Shown one piece after another: positions 31,201-41,299 of a stretch of DNA of 64,000 nucleotides. The DNA lies in contig JBDRRJ010000033.1 in the NCBI GenBank assembly GCA_043825855.1, positions 235-64,234 on the forward strand, written 5' to 3'. This DNA comes from Pseudomonadota bacterium. Lineage in GTDB: Bacteria > Desulfobacterota > UBA8473. Positions within the stretch are counted from its first letter, which is position 1; the number at the start of each line of letters is the position of its first letter. The position numbers and the translations under genes are program-made. Below the pieces are notes generated by a model, which worked only from the letters and a program-made list of their open reading frames with translations, searched no databases and was not told where the DNA came from.

Positions 31201-32196
31201 TCATTTTCTTCCAATTACATTGTAAATAGATCCTTCTGCTTTTATACCGTTAATGTTTATATGATCTATCTTTTCGGTTTCGAAAAAATCTTTTACAGCT
31301 TCAAAAGTTTTACCACAGATAAGGATTTGATCTTCCAGAGCAATCCGTTCAAGTTTGGCAGCAAAGTTTACAGGTTGCCCCAGTGCAGTATATTCTTTTC
31401 TGATTGTTGATCCAAAGATTCCGACCATAGCTTCACCTGTGCTGATTCCAAACCCGACAGGAATCTTTAGATTGTTTTTAGCAATCTCATTGTTTATTTC
31501 AGCTACTTTTTGACGTATTCGGATAGCACAGGAGACTGCCCTACGTGCATCATCATACTGGGTTATTGGGGCACCGAATACCCCCATAATACTGTCACCT
31601 ATGTGTTTATCCAACGTCCCATTATGTTCAAAAATGATACTATCGAGTGGGTAAAAATAATTAAGATTGAGAAGCTCTGATATCTCGTTAGGGTTCATGG
31701 ATTCAGATATTTTAGAGAACCCACGTATATCTGTAAAGAGAACAGTTACCTTCTGGTTTCGCGAATCCAAATTGTTGCTGAATTTTTCTAATTCCTTTAG
31801 AACCTGAAGAGGCACAAATTGTTTTAGCCTTTTTTTTACAGTAAACTCCCTTACTTTCATTTTAAGCTCATTATTGTCAAAAGGCTTGGTTAAGAAGCCG
31901 TCAATGTTTAAATTGACGCTTTCTATTGCACTGTCAAGTGTTGCATAGCCGGTAAGGATGATCTTGATAATCTCAGGATTAATTTCACCGATTTTAGTTA
32001 ATGTTTCCAAACCATCCAGGCCGGGCATCCTAAAGTCTGAAATAACAGCTTCTATTCCGTTATTTATGTTTCTAACGATTTCAATAGCTTCCAGCCCGTT
32101 TTCAGCTAAAAGAATTTTATAACCATCTTTCTCCAGGACTTTTTTTAACGATATCCTTATTCCTTCTTCATCATCAACAATTAAGATTTTTATCAT
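31201..32196 (-). CDS. Response-regulator receiver domain fused to class III adenylate/guanylate cyclase
   Basis: N-terminus KILIVDDEEGIR...DFRMPGLDG is a canonical CheY-like receiver with its Asp residues intact. C-terminus FTDIRGFSKISE...IGDSIMGVFGAP is the class III cyclase catalytic core. Confidence 0.8.
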   Translation of the reverse strand: MIKILIVDDEEGIRISLKKVLEKDGYKILLAENGLEAIEIVRNINNGIEAVISDFRMPGLDGLETLTKIGEINPEIIKIILTGYATLDSAIESVNLNIDGFLTKPFDNNELKMKVREFTVKKRLKQFVPLQVLKELEKFSNNLDSRNQKVTVLFTDIRGFSKISESMNPNEISELLNLNYFYPLDSIIFEHNGTLDKHIGDSIMGVFGAPITQYDDARRAVSCAIRIRQKVAEINNEIAKNNLKIPVGFGISTGEAMVGIFGSTIRKEYTALGQPVNFAAKLERIALEDQILICGKTFEAVKDFFETEKIDHININGIKAEGSIYNVIGRK

Positions 32197-32460
32197 ATCG
32201 TCCTCGCTTCAAATAATAGGTCTATGGTGAATATTACAGTTTTTCAGAATTTACTACTTATCTCGTCTTATCATATGCCGGCGCAATTTAACTTTAAAAG
32301 GTATGTTTCATTGATCTTTTCTTTGCTTTTGCAAGAGATATTAAATTTATTGTATATACTGGAATGTATTTGTGAAGTGTAAATATTTTTATTTTAAAAA
32401 ATGCCCTTTGTCAAGAAATATGCCGTAAATTTCTAATCCTTTTGTATTAAATTAAAATAG

Positions 32461-32489
32461 TTGACTGTAAATTTTTATTTTGTTAAAAT
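32461..32489 (+). promoter_or_regulatory. Putative sigma70-type promoter for the prenyltransferase gene
   Basis: TTGACT (32461..32466), a 17-nt spacer, then TAAAAT (32484..32489). This lies about 60 nt upstream of ATG 32553. Confidence 0.45.
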
Positions 32490-32552
32490 TTTTGATTGTT
32501 CGTTTGTATAAGTTAATTAAAAATCTTATTAAAATCTTTAAGGTAAAAAACT

Positions 32553-33446
32553 ATGAAAGAACCAAAATACATATTAGGCCCAATGCGTGTCCCCTTTCTC
32601 ATTTTAACACCAGCCTGCGTTTTGTTGGGGTTAGGAACTGCTGTCTGGAGGACTCATGATGTAAATATATTTTACTTCGTTTTGGCTTTAATTGGGGCAG
32701 TTTGTGCACATATCAGTGTTAATGCTTTTAATGAATACTTTGATTTTCAGAGTGGTTTAGATTTCAAAACAGAGCGAACTCCGTTCAGCGGAGGCAGCGG
32801 AACATTACCTGAAAGACCTGAAATGGCATCTTCTGCTTTGATTACAGCTATCGTAACTTCAGCCATAACAGGCTCGATAGGACTATATTTCGTTCATATA
32901 TGGGGATTGTCTCTGTTACCATTGGGCATTTTTGGTCTTTTGCTTATATTTGTATACACTATCTGGATTACCCGTCACCCAGTCCTATGCCTTATTGCCC
33001 CGGGATTGGGTTTTGGAACATTCATGGTAATGGGTACGGATTTTGTCCTAACTGGTCAATACTCATGGACAGCATTCATCGCATCACTGGTACCATTCTT
33101 TTTGGTAAGCGATCTCCTGCTTTTGAACCAATTCCCGGATGCTGAAGCAGATAAAAGCATAGGGAGAAAACATTTTCCAATTATCGTTGGCAAACAGAAC
33201 AGCAGCTTTATATATGGTTCCTTTCTCTTATTAACCTATCTATCTATTGTCTTTGGGGTATACCTTGGATACTTGCCAAAATTCAGTCTGATAGGGCTTG
33301 CTACAGTTGTTATAGCTGTACCTGCATTTATCGGTTCATACCGTTACGCTGATGACGCAGAAAAGCTGACGCCTTATATGGGCTTAAATGTAATCATAAA
33401 TATAGCAACGCCTGTACTCGTTGCTGTAGGACTCTTTATCGGATAG
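32553..33446 (+). CDS. UbiA-family aromatic prenyltransferase (MenA-like)
   Basis: 297 aa. Eight or more TM helices and the NEYFDFQSGLD Asp-rich motif. Confidence 0.7.
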   Translation: MKEPKYILGPMRVPFLILTPACVLLGLGTAVWRTHDVNIFYFVLALIGAVCAHISVNAFNEYFDFQSGLDFKTERTPFSGGSGTLPERPEMASSALITAIVTSAITGSIGLYFVHIWGLSLLPLGIFGLLLIFVYTIWITRHPVLCLIAPGLGFGTFMVMGTDFVLTGQYSWTAFIASLVPFFLVSDLLLLNQFPDAEADKSIGRKHFPIIVGKQNSSFIYGSFLLLTYLSIVFGVYLGYLPKFSLIGLATVVIAVPAFIGSYRYADDAEKLTPYMGLNVIINIATPVLVAVGLFIG

Positions 33447-33476
33447 TAGTGTAGATGGGGGGATTGGCAGAGTGGT

Positions 33477-34334
33477 TTATAACTGCCCCGCCAATTCTCT
33501 GTATGCCTCTAAAATTCTTTTAAATACTTGCCCAGGTTTACCGTTACCTATCTTTTTACCATCCACCTCAACGACAGGCATTACTTCCATTATAGAATTT
33601 GTCAGGAATATCTCATCCGAGGAGAGAAGTTCTTCTGGACATATCTTCTTTTCTTCAACCTGAAATTTCAATTGATGAAGAATATTCAGCACTACCTCTC
33701 TGGTAACACCCGGCAAAATATGACTGGATATAGTAGGTGTTAATATCTTCCCAGATTTTGCAATAAAGATGTTGCTGGTTGACCCCTCTGCCAGCTCGCC
33801 TTCAGAATTTAGCAGAATAGCTTCAAATGCCCCCTTTTTTCTAGCCTCTTCCTTTGCCAGAATGTTATTAAAATAACTTATTGACTTATGCTGAGAAAGT
33901 GGAGAAAAAGAATTTTGTCTAATATCTGATATTATGACTACAGTACCTTTAATATAGTATTCCTGAGGATATGGGGATAGCTTTTTTGCCATTATTACTA
34001 AGGTTGGAGTATAGTTATCATTAAAAGTTAGGGTATCTGAATGTTTTCCTCTGGAAACAGTAATCCTTATATATGCATCGGATAAATGGTTAATAGTTAG
34101 TAACTTATCTATAGTAGATTTAAGTATCTCCTTATCTATATTTAGATATATATTTAACTTATCAAGGGAATCAAATAATCGAGAGAGATGTTCATCTAAC
34201 ATAAAGACTCTACCCGAGTATGCTCTCATAGTCTCAAACAACCCATCTCCATATAAAAATCCTCTATCAAAAACGGAGATTTTTGCCTCATCATGCTGGA
34301 TAAATTCTCCGTTCAGATATATATAATTGTTCAC
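33477..34334 (-). CDS. pabC: Class IV aminotransferase; aminodeoxychorismate lyase (PabC)-like
   Basis: 285 aa. Fold-type IV PLP family (GDGLFETMRAYSGRVF). Placement directly after pabB and pabA supports PabC over BCAT. Confidence 0.65.
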   Translation of the reverse strand: MNNYIYLNGEFIQHDEAKISVFDRGFLYGDGLFETMRAYSGRVFMLDEHLSRLFDSLDKLNIYLNIDKEILKSTIDKLLTINHLSDAYIRITVSRGKHSDTLTFNDNYTPTLVIMAKKLSPYPQEYYIKGTVVIISDIRQNSFSPLSQHKSISYFNNILAKEEARKKGAFEAILLNSEGELAEGSTSNIFIAKSGKILTPTISSHILPGVTREVVLNILHQLKFQVEEKKICPEELLSSDEIFLTNSIMEVMPVVEVDGKKIGNGKPGQVFKRILEAYRELAGQL

Positions 34335-34384
34335 AATAACGACTCTCCATCAATAGATTAAGTTTAATAAAATTTCATATTGAA

Positions 34385-35821
34385 TTAGGTAGTGAGGGCC
34401 TCAATCAGAGCCTTTGCCTTATCAAGGGTCTCGTCATATTCCCCTTCCAGTGTAGAATCAGCAACTATCCCTCCTCCTACCTGAAAATATACATCATCAC
34501 CTTTTATCAAAATAGTACGAATAGCGATATTCAGGTCTATGTAATCATTAAACCCCAAATACCCGATTGACCCTGTATATATGCTTCTGGCCGTTGGTTC
34601 TAGCTCATCAATTATCTCCATGGCTCTAATCTTCGGAGCACCTGTTATAGAACCTCCAGGGAAAGATGCCTTTAACAGGTCTATACAATTGTATCTGGGG
34701 AGCAATTTTCCCTCCACTGTTGAAACCAGGTGAAAAACCGTAGCGTAGGTTTCCGCAATTGCATGCTCCGTCACCTTTACTGACCCATAGTCGCATACCC
34801 GTCCAAGATCATTCCGTTCCAAATCCACAATCATATTAAGTTCTGCCCTATCCTTCCTACTTGAAAGAAGTTCTTCTTTTAACCTTCTATCATTGTCTTC
34901 GTCTTTTCCCCTTGGCCTGGTCCCTTTTATTGGTCTTGTCTGTACACTCCCCTCTTCTACCATTAAAAATCTTTCCGGTGAAGAGCTTACTATTGTGACA
35001 TCATCGAAGTTCAAATAACAGGCAAATGGGGCAGGGTTGATATTGCGAAGTTTCTTATATAACCGGTAAGGTTCAACAGACAATTTTGTATGAAACCTCT
35101 GGGAAAGATTTACCTGGTATATGTCCCCTGCAAATATATACTCTTTAGCCTTTTTTATAGCCTTTAAATATTCTTCTCTTGTAAAGTTTGATTCGATTGT
35201 CGGTTTAAATTCCAGTGGATTCTTAGGCTCCGATTGTTCTGTTTCAGGGTTATTTAACAGGGCAAATATTTCAGCTACCGACTTTTTCATATAATCTTCG
35301 GTAGCTTTTTTACTGGGAAAACCTTTTGTAGAATCAAATTTAATTACAGAGAGATACCACCCGTTCTCCTTATGGTCATAGATAAGAACCTTATCATAGA
35401 AACAGAAATAACAATCAGGAAGGTCCAGGTCATCAATCACAGTTTTTGGTAACTTTTCTATAAAATGGCAAAGGTCATATGCAAAATAGCCAACACCTCC
35501 ACCGACGAATGGGGGATCGCAATAACTTGAATTAATCCTATAATGTCTAATGATAGTATCAATTATTTGAAAGGGGTTACCAAAACTGGTGAAATTACCG
35601 TCCCCGATGGTAATTTCAATATTGTTACCTTTGCTTTTTAATATTAAAAAAGGATTATATCCGATAAAAGAGTACTTACCAAGTTTGTATCTGTCCATAC
35701 CACTGTCCAGAAAAAAACTGAAAGGCATTGAGTGAATTTTGTCAAATACAGCCTCAGGTTTGGAAGGAATACGTAGTTCTTTTATAGTATATTTACCTTT
35801 TCTAGTCGCATTAAAGTTCAC
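34385..35821 (-). CDS. pabB: Aminodeoxychorismate synthase component I (chorismate-binding enzyme)
   Basis: 478 aa. Chorismate-binding core (SSSPERFL...GGGIVADS). Confidence 0.75.
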   Translation of the reverse strand: MNFNATRKGKYTIKELRIPSKPEAVFDKIHSMPFSFFLDSGMDRYKLGKYSFIGYNPFLILKSKGNNIEITIGDGNFTSFGNPFQIIDTIIRHYRINSSYCDPPFVGGGVGYFAYDLCHFIEKLPKTVIDDLDLPDCYFCFYDKVLIYDHKENGWYLSVIKFDSTKGFPSKKATEDYMKKSVAEIFALLNNPETEQSEPKNPLEFKPTIESNFTREEYLKAIKKAKEYIFAGDIYQVNLSQRFHTKLSVEPYRLYKKLRNINPAPFACYLNFDDVTIVSSSPERFLMVEEGSVQTRPIKGTRPRGKDEDNDRRLKEELLSSRKDRAELNMIVDLERNDLGRVCDYGSVKVTEHAIAETYATVFHLVSTVEGKLLPRYNCIDLLKASFPGGSITGAPKIRAMEIIDELEPTARSIYTGSIGYLGFNDYIDLNIAIRTILIKGDDVYFQVGGGIVADSTLEGEYDETLDKAKALIEALTT

Positions 35822-35831
35822 AGATATATCC

Positions 35832-36398
35832 CTAAAGGTCTATAAAATTCTTAATTATCTTCTTTCCCTCAGCGGTAAGAAACGACTCAGGATGAAACTG
35901 CACACCTTCTATTTTATGTTTCCTGTGTCTTATACCCATTATAACACCTTCCTCTGTCCTTGCAGTGATCTTAAGGCACGAAGGGAAACCGTCATCGGAC
36001 ACAACCAGCGAATGATACCTGGCAGCTTCAAAAGGATTTTCTACACCTTTGTAGATAAACTTCTCATCATGTGAGATTATGGAGGTTTTGCCGTGCATAA
36101 CCAGATCAGCTCTTTTAACCTTTCCTCCAAAGACTTCTCCTATACATTGATGGCCAAGACAAACACCCAGTATCCATTTCTTTTTTCCGAAATGTTTTAT
36201 AACATCTTTAGATATGCCTGCATCATCAGGTGTTCCAGGCCCGGGGGATATTACTATCTTATCCGGATTTATCTCTTTTATCCCCTCCAATGTTATCTTG
36301 TCGTTTCTTATGACTTTGAGTTTTACCCCTAACTCCCCGAAGTACTGAACCAGGTTATAGGTAAAAGAATCATAATTGTCGATCATCAGAATAAACAT
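35832..36398 (-). CDS. pabA: Glutamine amidotransferase component II (PabA/TrpG)
   Basis: 188 aa. Catalytic GVCLGHQ Cys motif and the His/Glu-containing C-terminus. Confidence 0.85.
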   Translation of the reverse strand: MFILMIDNYDSFTYNLVQYFGELGVKLKVIRNDKITLEGIKEINPDKIVISPGPGTPDDAGISKDVIKHFGKKKWILGVCLGHQCIGEVFGGKVKRADLVMHGKTSIISHDEKFIYKGVENPFEAARYHSLVVSDDGFPSCLKITARTEEGVIMGIRHRKHKIEGVQFHPESFLTAEGKKIIKNFIDL

Positions 36399-36748
36399 CT
36401 TTTATCTAGTTTTCAAATTATAGTGTTACTGGTTAATGTCTTTCAGTCACAACAATAAGCAAACCCGATGCTCGTAGTTATTTTAATGTTAATCGAACTA
36501 TTTAACTATATCAAGAAAATATTCATCCCCTCCCTTTTCTTCCTTCAATATTTATTGTCTCTCAGTATTACTCTTTCATTTTAATTTGAAGCCATTTACA
36601 CATTTTGTGTTTGACAAACCTATTGGAAAATGCTAATAAGGCATCCTCATAATTCGCATTTCAGCAATAAATACTTCGCCTAATTTATGAAATAAGGTGT
36701 TAAACTATATAGAGAGATCGACCTCTATTAAAATAGTTGAATGAACAA

Positions 36749-36825
36749 GCCCCCGTAGCTCAGGTGGATAGAGCAAGGGATTCCTAATCCCTGTGCCACA
36801 GGTTCGAGTCCTGTCGGGGGTACCA
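36749..36825 (+). tRNA. tRNA-Arg (anticodon CCU)
   Basis: Hand-folded cloverleaf. Acceptor GCCCCCG/CGGGGGT, D-arm GCTC/GAGC, anticodon stem AGGGA/TCCCT with loop TTCCTAA, T-arm ACAGG-TTCGAGT-CCTGT, then discriminator A and encoded CCA. Confidence 0.85.
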
Positions 36826-37170
36826 CTTCAAAAAAACACTTACCCTTTTTTATATCAATAACTTGCCAAAACAAATTGTCTTTTTTAATGCCCAAAAATT
36901 AAGAGAAATTCTAGAATTTATTAGCATAAAAACCGGACATAAGCTAACGACTAATTCTTAAAAATAATATCAATAAATCCACAATTAGAAAAGGCAGCTT
37001 GTAGCAGAATTAATATTCTGATAAAATTATAATTAAATGAAAAAACTATTTAAATTAATGTTAATGCAGATAACTAACATATATGGTATAACATATTGTA
37101 TTACAAAGAATATTAAACATATTATCAAAATATTTATGACGATAGGGATTGAATTAAAAGGGGGATATAA

Positions 37171-38643
37171 ATGATTGAAAAGTATAACATTTTATTGGTG
37201 GAAAATAATACAGAAACACGAAAACTGTATATTAATCAACTCGGAAAAAATAAGGATTATTTATTATGGGAAGCAAAAAATTATAAAGAGGCATTAAAGA
37301 TATCGAAAAAGGTACCCCCTGATATTGTTATCTGCTCTCTTAATCTGCCGGGAATGGAAGCAAAGGAGTTGTGTAATAGTTTGAAAGACAACCCCGATTC
37401 CCCATATCCCGGGATATATTTCATAATCACAGCCCCCCTAGAGGAAAAGGGTAAGATGATTAAATTTATGTATGAAGGCGCTGATGACTATTTAACTACG
37501 CCGGTTGATGTTGGAGAGCTTCAAGTAAGACTCAGGGTGGCTCAGAAAGTTATACATAAAATTAAAAGTTCGGCCTTCGAATGGAAAAGGATGTTCTCTG
37601 AATTTGATGTTTTGCTCATACAGGACGGTGGATGTGCTCCAGGATATAACTCAGTTACTGCTTTTATAACCCAACATCTTGAAGATCAGGGTAGAATTGT
37701 GTATGCTGCCAGAGAAGGGTTTAAATCATTAGTGCTGGGCGGAGATGATGACTTTCTGCGTTTGGTATACGATCCGGTTCTTTTTAAAAAACTGGATCAT
37801 GTCGCTGGAGTTTACCACGCGGCGCCCCTTTCTGAAGCCAGGGGCGCAATGTTGAGAAGTGAACGATACAATGAATTCAAAAATGTGGAAATCACAAAAA
37901 AAGCTGCCGTAACGGTTAAAAAGAAAAATGTGAAAAGCATTATTGCAATTGGTGGAGATGGTACCCTTAAAGGGTTGGTCTCTCTATGCGAGTTTATCCC
38001 AGCTTCTATTCAAACATTTTTTATCCCAGTTACAATCGATAGTGATTTGTCTGGAACCGATTGTATAGGACAACATACAGGAATAGAGGTTGGTTCTGAA
38101 AAGATAAGATCATATATGGCCGATGCAAGAACCCATAAAAGGGCTTATATTATAGAAATGATGGGGGCTCGAGGTGGATTTCACGCCTTACATTCTTGTC
38201 TCGGTGCGCGCGCCCACCTGGCCGTCCTTCCCAGCAGTGAAATAGACCATAAAAATGTAGCAGAGGCAATTAACAAGAGAGAAGAGTGTGTAATAGTTGT
38301 TGCTGAAGGTTATAAGAGGAATGAAAGGGAAGCAAAAGGAAAAAAGATGAATGCTGCAGAGTATTTTTACGAAGAGCTGAAACAGACAGGTATAAAGATC
38401 AATAAAAGGGTGTTGTGTGAACCTTTTTCAAGAGACATCAGAGGTGCAGCACCTAATAATCAGGACATTACCCTCGCCCAAAGAATGGCTTATAACGTTG
38501 CTTCCTATTTAAAAGTTGGCACCTCTCGGCTAATGCCGGCTGTACTTTCAGGAAGAGAGTATGCTATTCCTTTTCACATGATAAAGACAGACAATGAAGT
38601 TCCAAAAGATCTCCTTGCACTCTCTGACAGGTTGACAGGGTAA
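37171..38643 (+). CDS. 6-phosphofructokinase with N-terminal pseudo-receiver (REC-like) domain
   Basis: Residues about 145 to 490 carry the PFK motifs GGCAPGYNSV, IAIGGDGTLKG, IPVTIDSDL and MGARGGFHAL. The N-terminal 130 aa has a CheY-like fold signature (ILLVENN...DIVICSLNLPGM...FIITAP), but the acidic pocket is EN, the phospho-acceptor position is Ser, and the conserved Lys is Thr. Confidence 0.75.
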   Translation: MIEKYNILLVENNTETRKLYINQLGKNKDYLLWEAKNYKEALKISKKVPPDIVICSLNLPGMEAKELCNSLKDNPDSPYPGIYFIITAPLEEKGKMIKFMYEGADDYLTTPVDVGELQVRLRVAQKVIHKIKSSAFEWKRMFSEFDVLLIQDGGCAPGYNSVTAFITQHLEDQGRIVYAAREGFKSLVLGGDDDFLRLVYDPVLFKKLDHVAGVYHAAPLSEARGAMLRSERYNEFKNVEITKKAAVTVKKKNVKSIIAIGGDGTLKGLVSLCEFIPASIQTFFIPVTIDSDLSGTDCIGQHTGIEVGSEKIRSYMADARTHKRAYIIEMMGARGGFHALHSCLGARAHLAVLPSSEIDHKNVAEAINKREECVIVVAEGYKRNEREAKGKKMNAAEYFYEELKQTGIKINKRVLCEPFSRDIRGAAPNNQDITLAQRMAYNVASYLKVGTSRLMPAVLSGREYAIPFHMIKTDNEVPKDLLALSDRLTG

Positions 38644-38737
38644 GTTGATATATGACGGTTTTACCAATCAATTCTGTTTAGATAGTCCTAAAAAATAGAA
38701 AATCCTTTTAAGCAAACATATACAAAATACGGATAAC

Positions 38738-40021
38738 CTATAAAAGTCTCTCCAGAATCCCGAACACATCAAATACGCTTGGATTTTCAGGGATAGAAGT
38801 ATCCTCATAACCTTTTACGATTAAGAAGGCGTCATCCCTTGTATGCTTCCCCGTAAAGATCGTAGTTTCCTCAAGTCTTTCAATTTGCAGACGGGCTTTC
38901 AAATCAAACCCGCTGTTAGGAATTAGTGCCAAATCCGGTGCCCTGTCGAGAAAGGGACCTTTGTATATCTCCTCTTTTCTGTAGACTTGATTGATAACTT
39001 CTTCGCCTTCAATCCTTAGGGAACTGAAAACACCGATCAGGTCATCAATAACAGCCTCTCTGTCACTTTCCTTTACACTGCCGTGAGGGTACATGGAAAC
39101 TGTATTCAGATGAATCCTGTTTGGTTCAAGGGCAAATACCAGAGTTCCTTCATCTATGTCTTTGTAAGAAGCATTATTGCCCTTTTTCAGCTTTAAAAAG
39201 CCAGTTTCCCTTAAATAGTAGTTAATATATACTGTTCTTTTCATTCTTTCAAAACCATGGTCAGAAAGGATAATCAGTGAATCTTCGGGTCTCATCCTAC
39301 CTACAATCTCCCCGATTACTTCATCTAAAGTATGAAAGTATTGCAAAAAGGTCTTATGGTATATATGGGTATTATCTTCATACGCTTCCCATAAAAAGTG
39401 AGCAAGCCTGTCTGTACCAGTGAAAACCAGCATAAAAAGCCCCCAGACCTCCTTATCCCACAGGTAACGGTACGTCTCAATCCTGGCCTCGAAAGTCCTA
39501 TATAAATCATCAATAAAGAGTTCCATCGATTGATGGCCTTTTTCAGAATCCACATCTACTTGATAATTAAGCCTTTTAAGCTCATTGACCAGTGAGGGAG
39601 GATAGACAGCTTTTTCCAAATCAGGGGCTACAAAGCCGGAAATTAATACTCCGTTTAGTTGTCCGGCCGGATATGTCGAAGGCACATTGATTATAACTGA
39701 TCGTCTGCCATTTCTATAATTCCAGAAAGGTACTCCTGATAGGTTGGAAAAGTTTGGGAAATAGATACGGTAAGTCCCCGGTATCATGTCCATGAAACCA
39801 TAAATACCATGTTCTCCCGGGTTCTTCCCGGTTATTATGGAACTCCATGCTACAGGGGAGATATCAGGTATAGTTGAGCTCATCTGCCGCAATATGCCTT
39901 CTTCGGTTAAAATGCGCATATTGGGCATCACCCCACTTGCAGATAAATCCTTGATCAAAGAGTAAGGAACTCCATCAAGACCAATAATGATTGAGCGTTT
40001 TTCAGTACAGAGAAAAGTCAT
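38738..40021 (-). CDS. Alkaline-phosphatase-superfamily protein (type I phosphodiesterase/nucleotide pyrophosphatase-like)
   Basis: 427 aa. The N-terminal IIGLDGVPYSL metal-ligand motif and an internal DHGF-like segment (SDHGFE) are typical of the AlkP-core/NPP family. Confidence 0.65.
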   Translation of the reverse strand: MTFLCTEKRSIIIGLDGVPYSLIKDLSASGVMPNMRILTEEGILRQMSSTIPDISPVAWSSIITGKNPGEHGIYGFMDMIPGTYRIYFPNFSNLSGVPFWNYRNGRRSVIINVPSTYPAGQLNGVLISGFVAPDLEKAVYPPSLVNELKRLNYQVDVDSEKGHQSMELFIDDLYRTFEARIETYRYLWDKEVWGLFMLVFTGTDRLAHFLWEAYEDNTHIYHKTFLQYFHTLDEVIGEIVGRMRPEDSLIILSDHGFERMKRTVYINYYLRETGFLKLKKGNNASYKDIDEGTLVFALEPNRIHLNTVSMYPHGSVKESDREAVIDDLIGVFSSLRIEGEEVINQVYRKEEIYKGPFLDRAPDLALIPNSGFDLKARLQIERLEETTIFTGKHTRDDAFLIVKGYEDTSIPENPSVFDVFGILERLL

Positions 40022-40045
40022 TTATTAAATATTTCAGATATAAAA

Positions 40046-41287
40046 TTAACCGGTAATTATGCCTCCGGCACAGATTTCACCGGAACGTGTTAGAACGAAC
40101 CTGCCAAGCCCCTCAGTCTCGTTAAAATCTTCAAAGACCATAGGTCTGCTAATAGAGATTGTTACCCTGCCTACTTCTGTCTCCTTCAGGATGTTAGTGT
40201 CGTCTTTTATTATCTCCAGGGTTGAGGAATTGATCCTTTCCTTTATGTTTTCTATATTGCAACACTCTTCAGCAGTAGCGCACCTTATAGTTAATTGATT
40301 ATCGATTTTAAGAGGATCAAATGAGATCCAAAAGATGTTGGCATCTATTGTTGTCTCTACTTCAGAGGGGTATTGAGGGTGACAGATAACCTCCCCTCTT
40401 TTCAATTCAAGATCATCATGGAGGACAAGTCCGATGCTCTCTCCTGCCCTGGCTACATCTTTCGTAGCTTGATACACCTCGATCGATTCTATCCTTGTTC
40501 TTAGCTCACCGGGTAATATCAGAACTTCATCCCCTTTTTTCACCTTGCCCGATACAACCCTTCCTACCAGTATCTTTTCTTGATCGCAAATATAGACATC
40601 CTGTATGGGAAACCGCAAAGGCTTTTCAACAAGGTCTTCTTTGCCCTCTAAATTATCAAGAGCCTCAAAGACTGTAGGGCCATCGTACCATCTCATATTT
40701 TCTGAAGTCTTAACGATATTATCTCCTAACATTGCTGAAATTGGGATAGCATTATTAGGCTTCATCCCTAAAGAACCAAAAAAATCTGACAACATAGATT
40801 TTAATTCTTTAAAACGACTCTCACTAAAGTCAACCAGATCCATTTTATTAACAGCCAAAATTACCTGTTTTATACCCAACATACTCACAAAATAAGCATG
40901 TCTTCTTGTTTGTTCTTCCATCCCCTCCAAAGCAGACACAATAAGGATAGCTGCCTCTGCCTGTGATGCCCCTGTAATCATGTTCCTGATAAATTCCTTG
41001 TGCCCGGGGGTATCGATAATTGTATAGTTTCTCTTGTCTGTTTTAAAGGAAGACTGAGCGGTATCAATGGTTTTTCTATTCACCCTTTCTTCCTCAAGGT
41101 GATCCGTTACATAAGCAAATCCTGCTGATCTGTCCGATTCATTAAAACTTTGTTCAATGCCTTTCACAATATCTAAGGATAGCGAACCGTTATCATATAG
41201 TAACCTTCCTATAAGTGTTGACTTACCGTGATCGACATGTCCAATGATTGCGATTGAAAAAGTGGCTTGCGTTCTCCTACTGCTCAA
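40046..41287 (-). CDS. cysN: Sulfate adenylyltransferase subunit 1 (GTPase, CysN; no fused APS-kinase domain)
   Basis: 413 aa. GTP-binding motifs GHVDHGKST, DTPGH and NKMD. Confidence 0.8.
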   Translation of the reverse strand: MSSRRTQATFSIAIIGHVDHGKSTLIGRLLYDNGSLSLDIVKGIEQSFNESDRSAGFAYVTDHLEEERVNRKTIDTAQSSFKTDKRNYTIIDTPGHKEFIRNMITGASQAEAAILIVSALEGMEEQTRRHAYFVSMLGIKQVILAVNKMDLVDFSESRFKELKSMLSDFFGSLGMKPNNAIPISAMLGDNIVKTSENMRWYDGPTVFEALDNLEGKEDLVEKPLRFPIQDVYICDQEKILVGRVVSGKVKKGDEVLILPGELRTRIESIEVYQATKDVARAGESIGLVLHDDLELKRGEVICHPQYPSEVETTIDANIFWISFDPLKIDNQLTIRCATAEECCNIENIKERINSSTLEIIKDDTNILKETEVGRVTISISRPMVFEDFNETEGLGRFVLTRSGEICAGGIITG

Positions 41288-41299
41288 CTTTTTTACTCC

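Noticed and set aside
33440-33480. Possible bidirectional terminator hairpin between convergent ubiA-like and pabC genes
   Set aside because: Imperfect stem (GATTGGCAG...CTGCC..GCCAAT) with no flanking T/A runs on either strand. Too weak to call.
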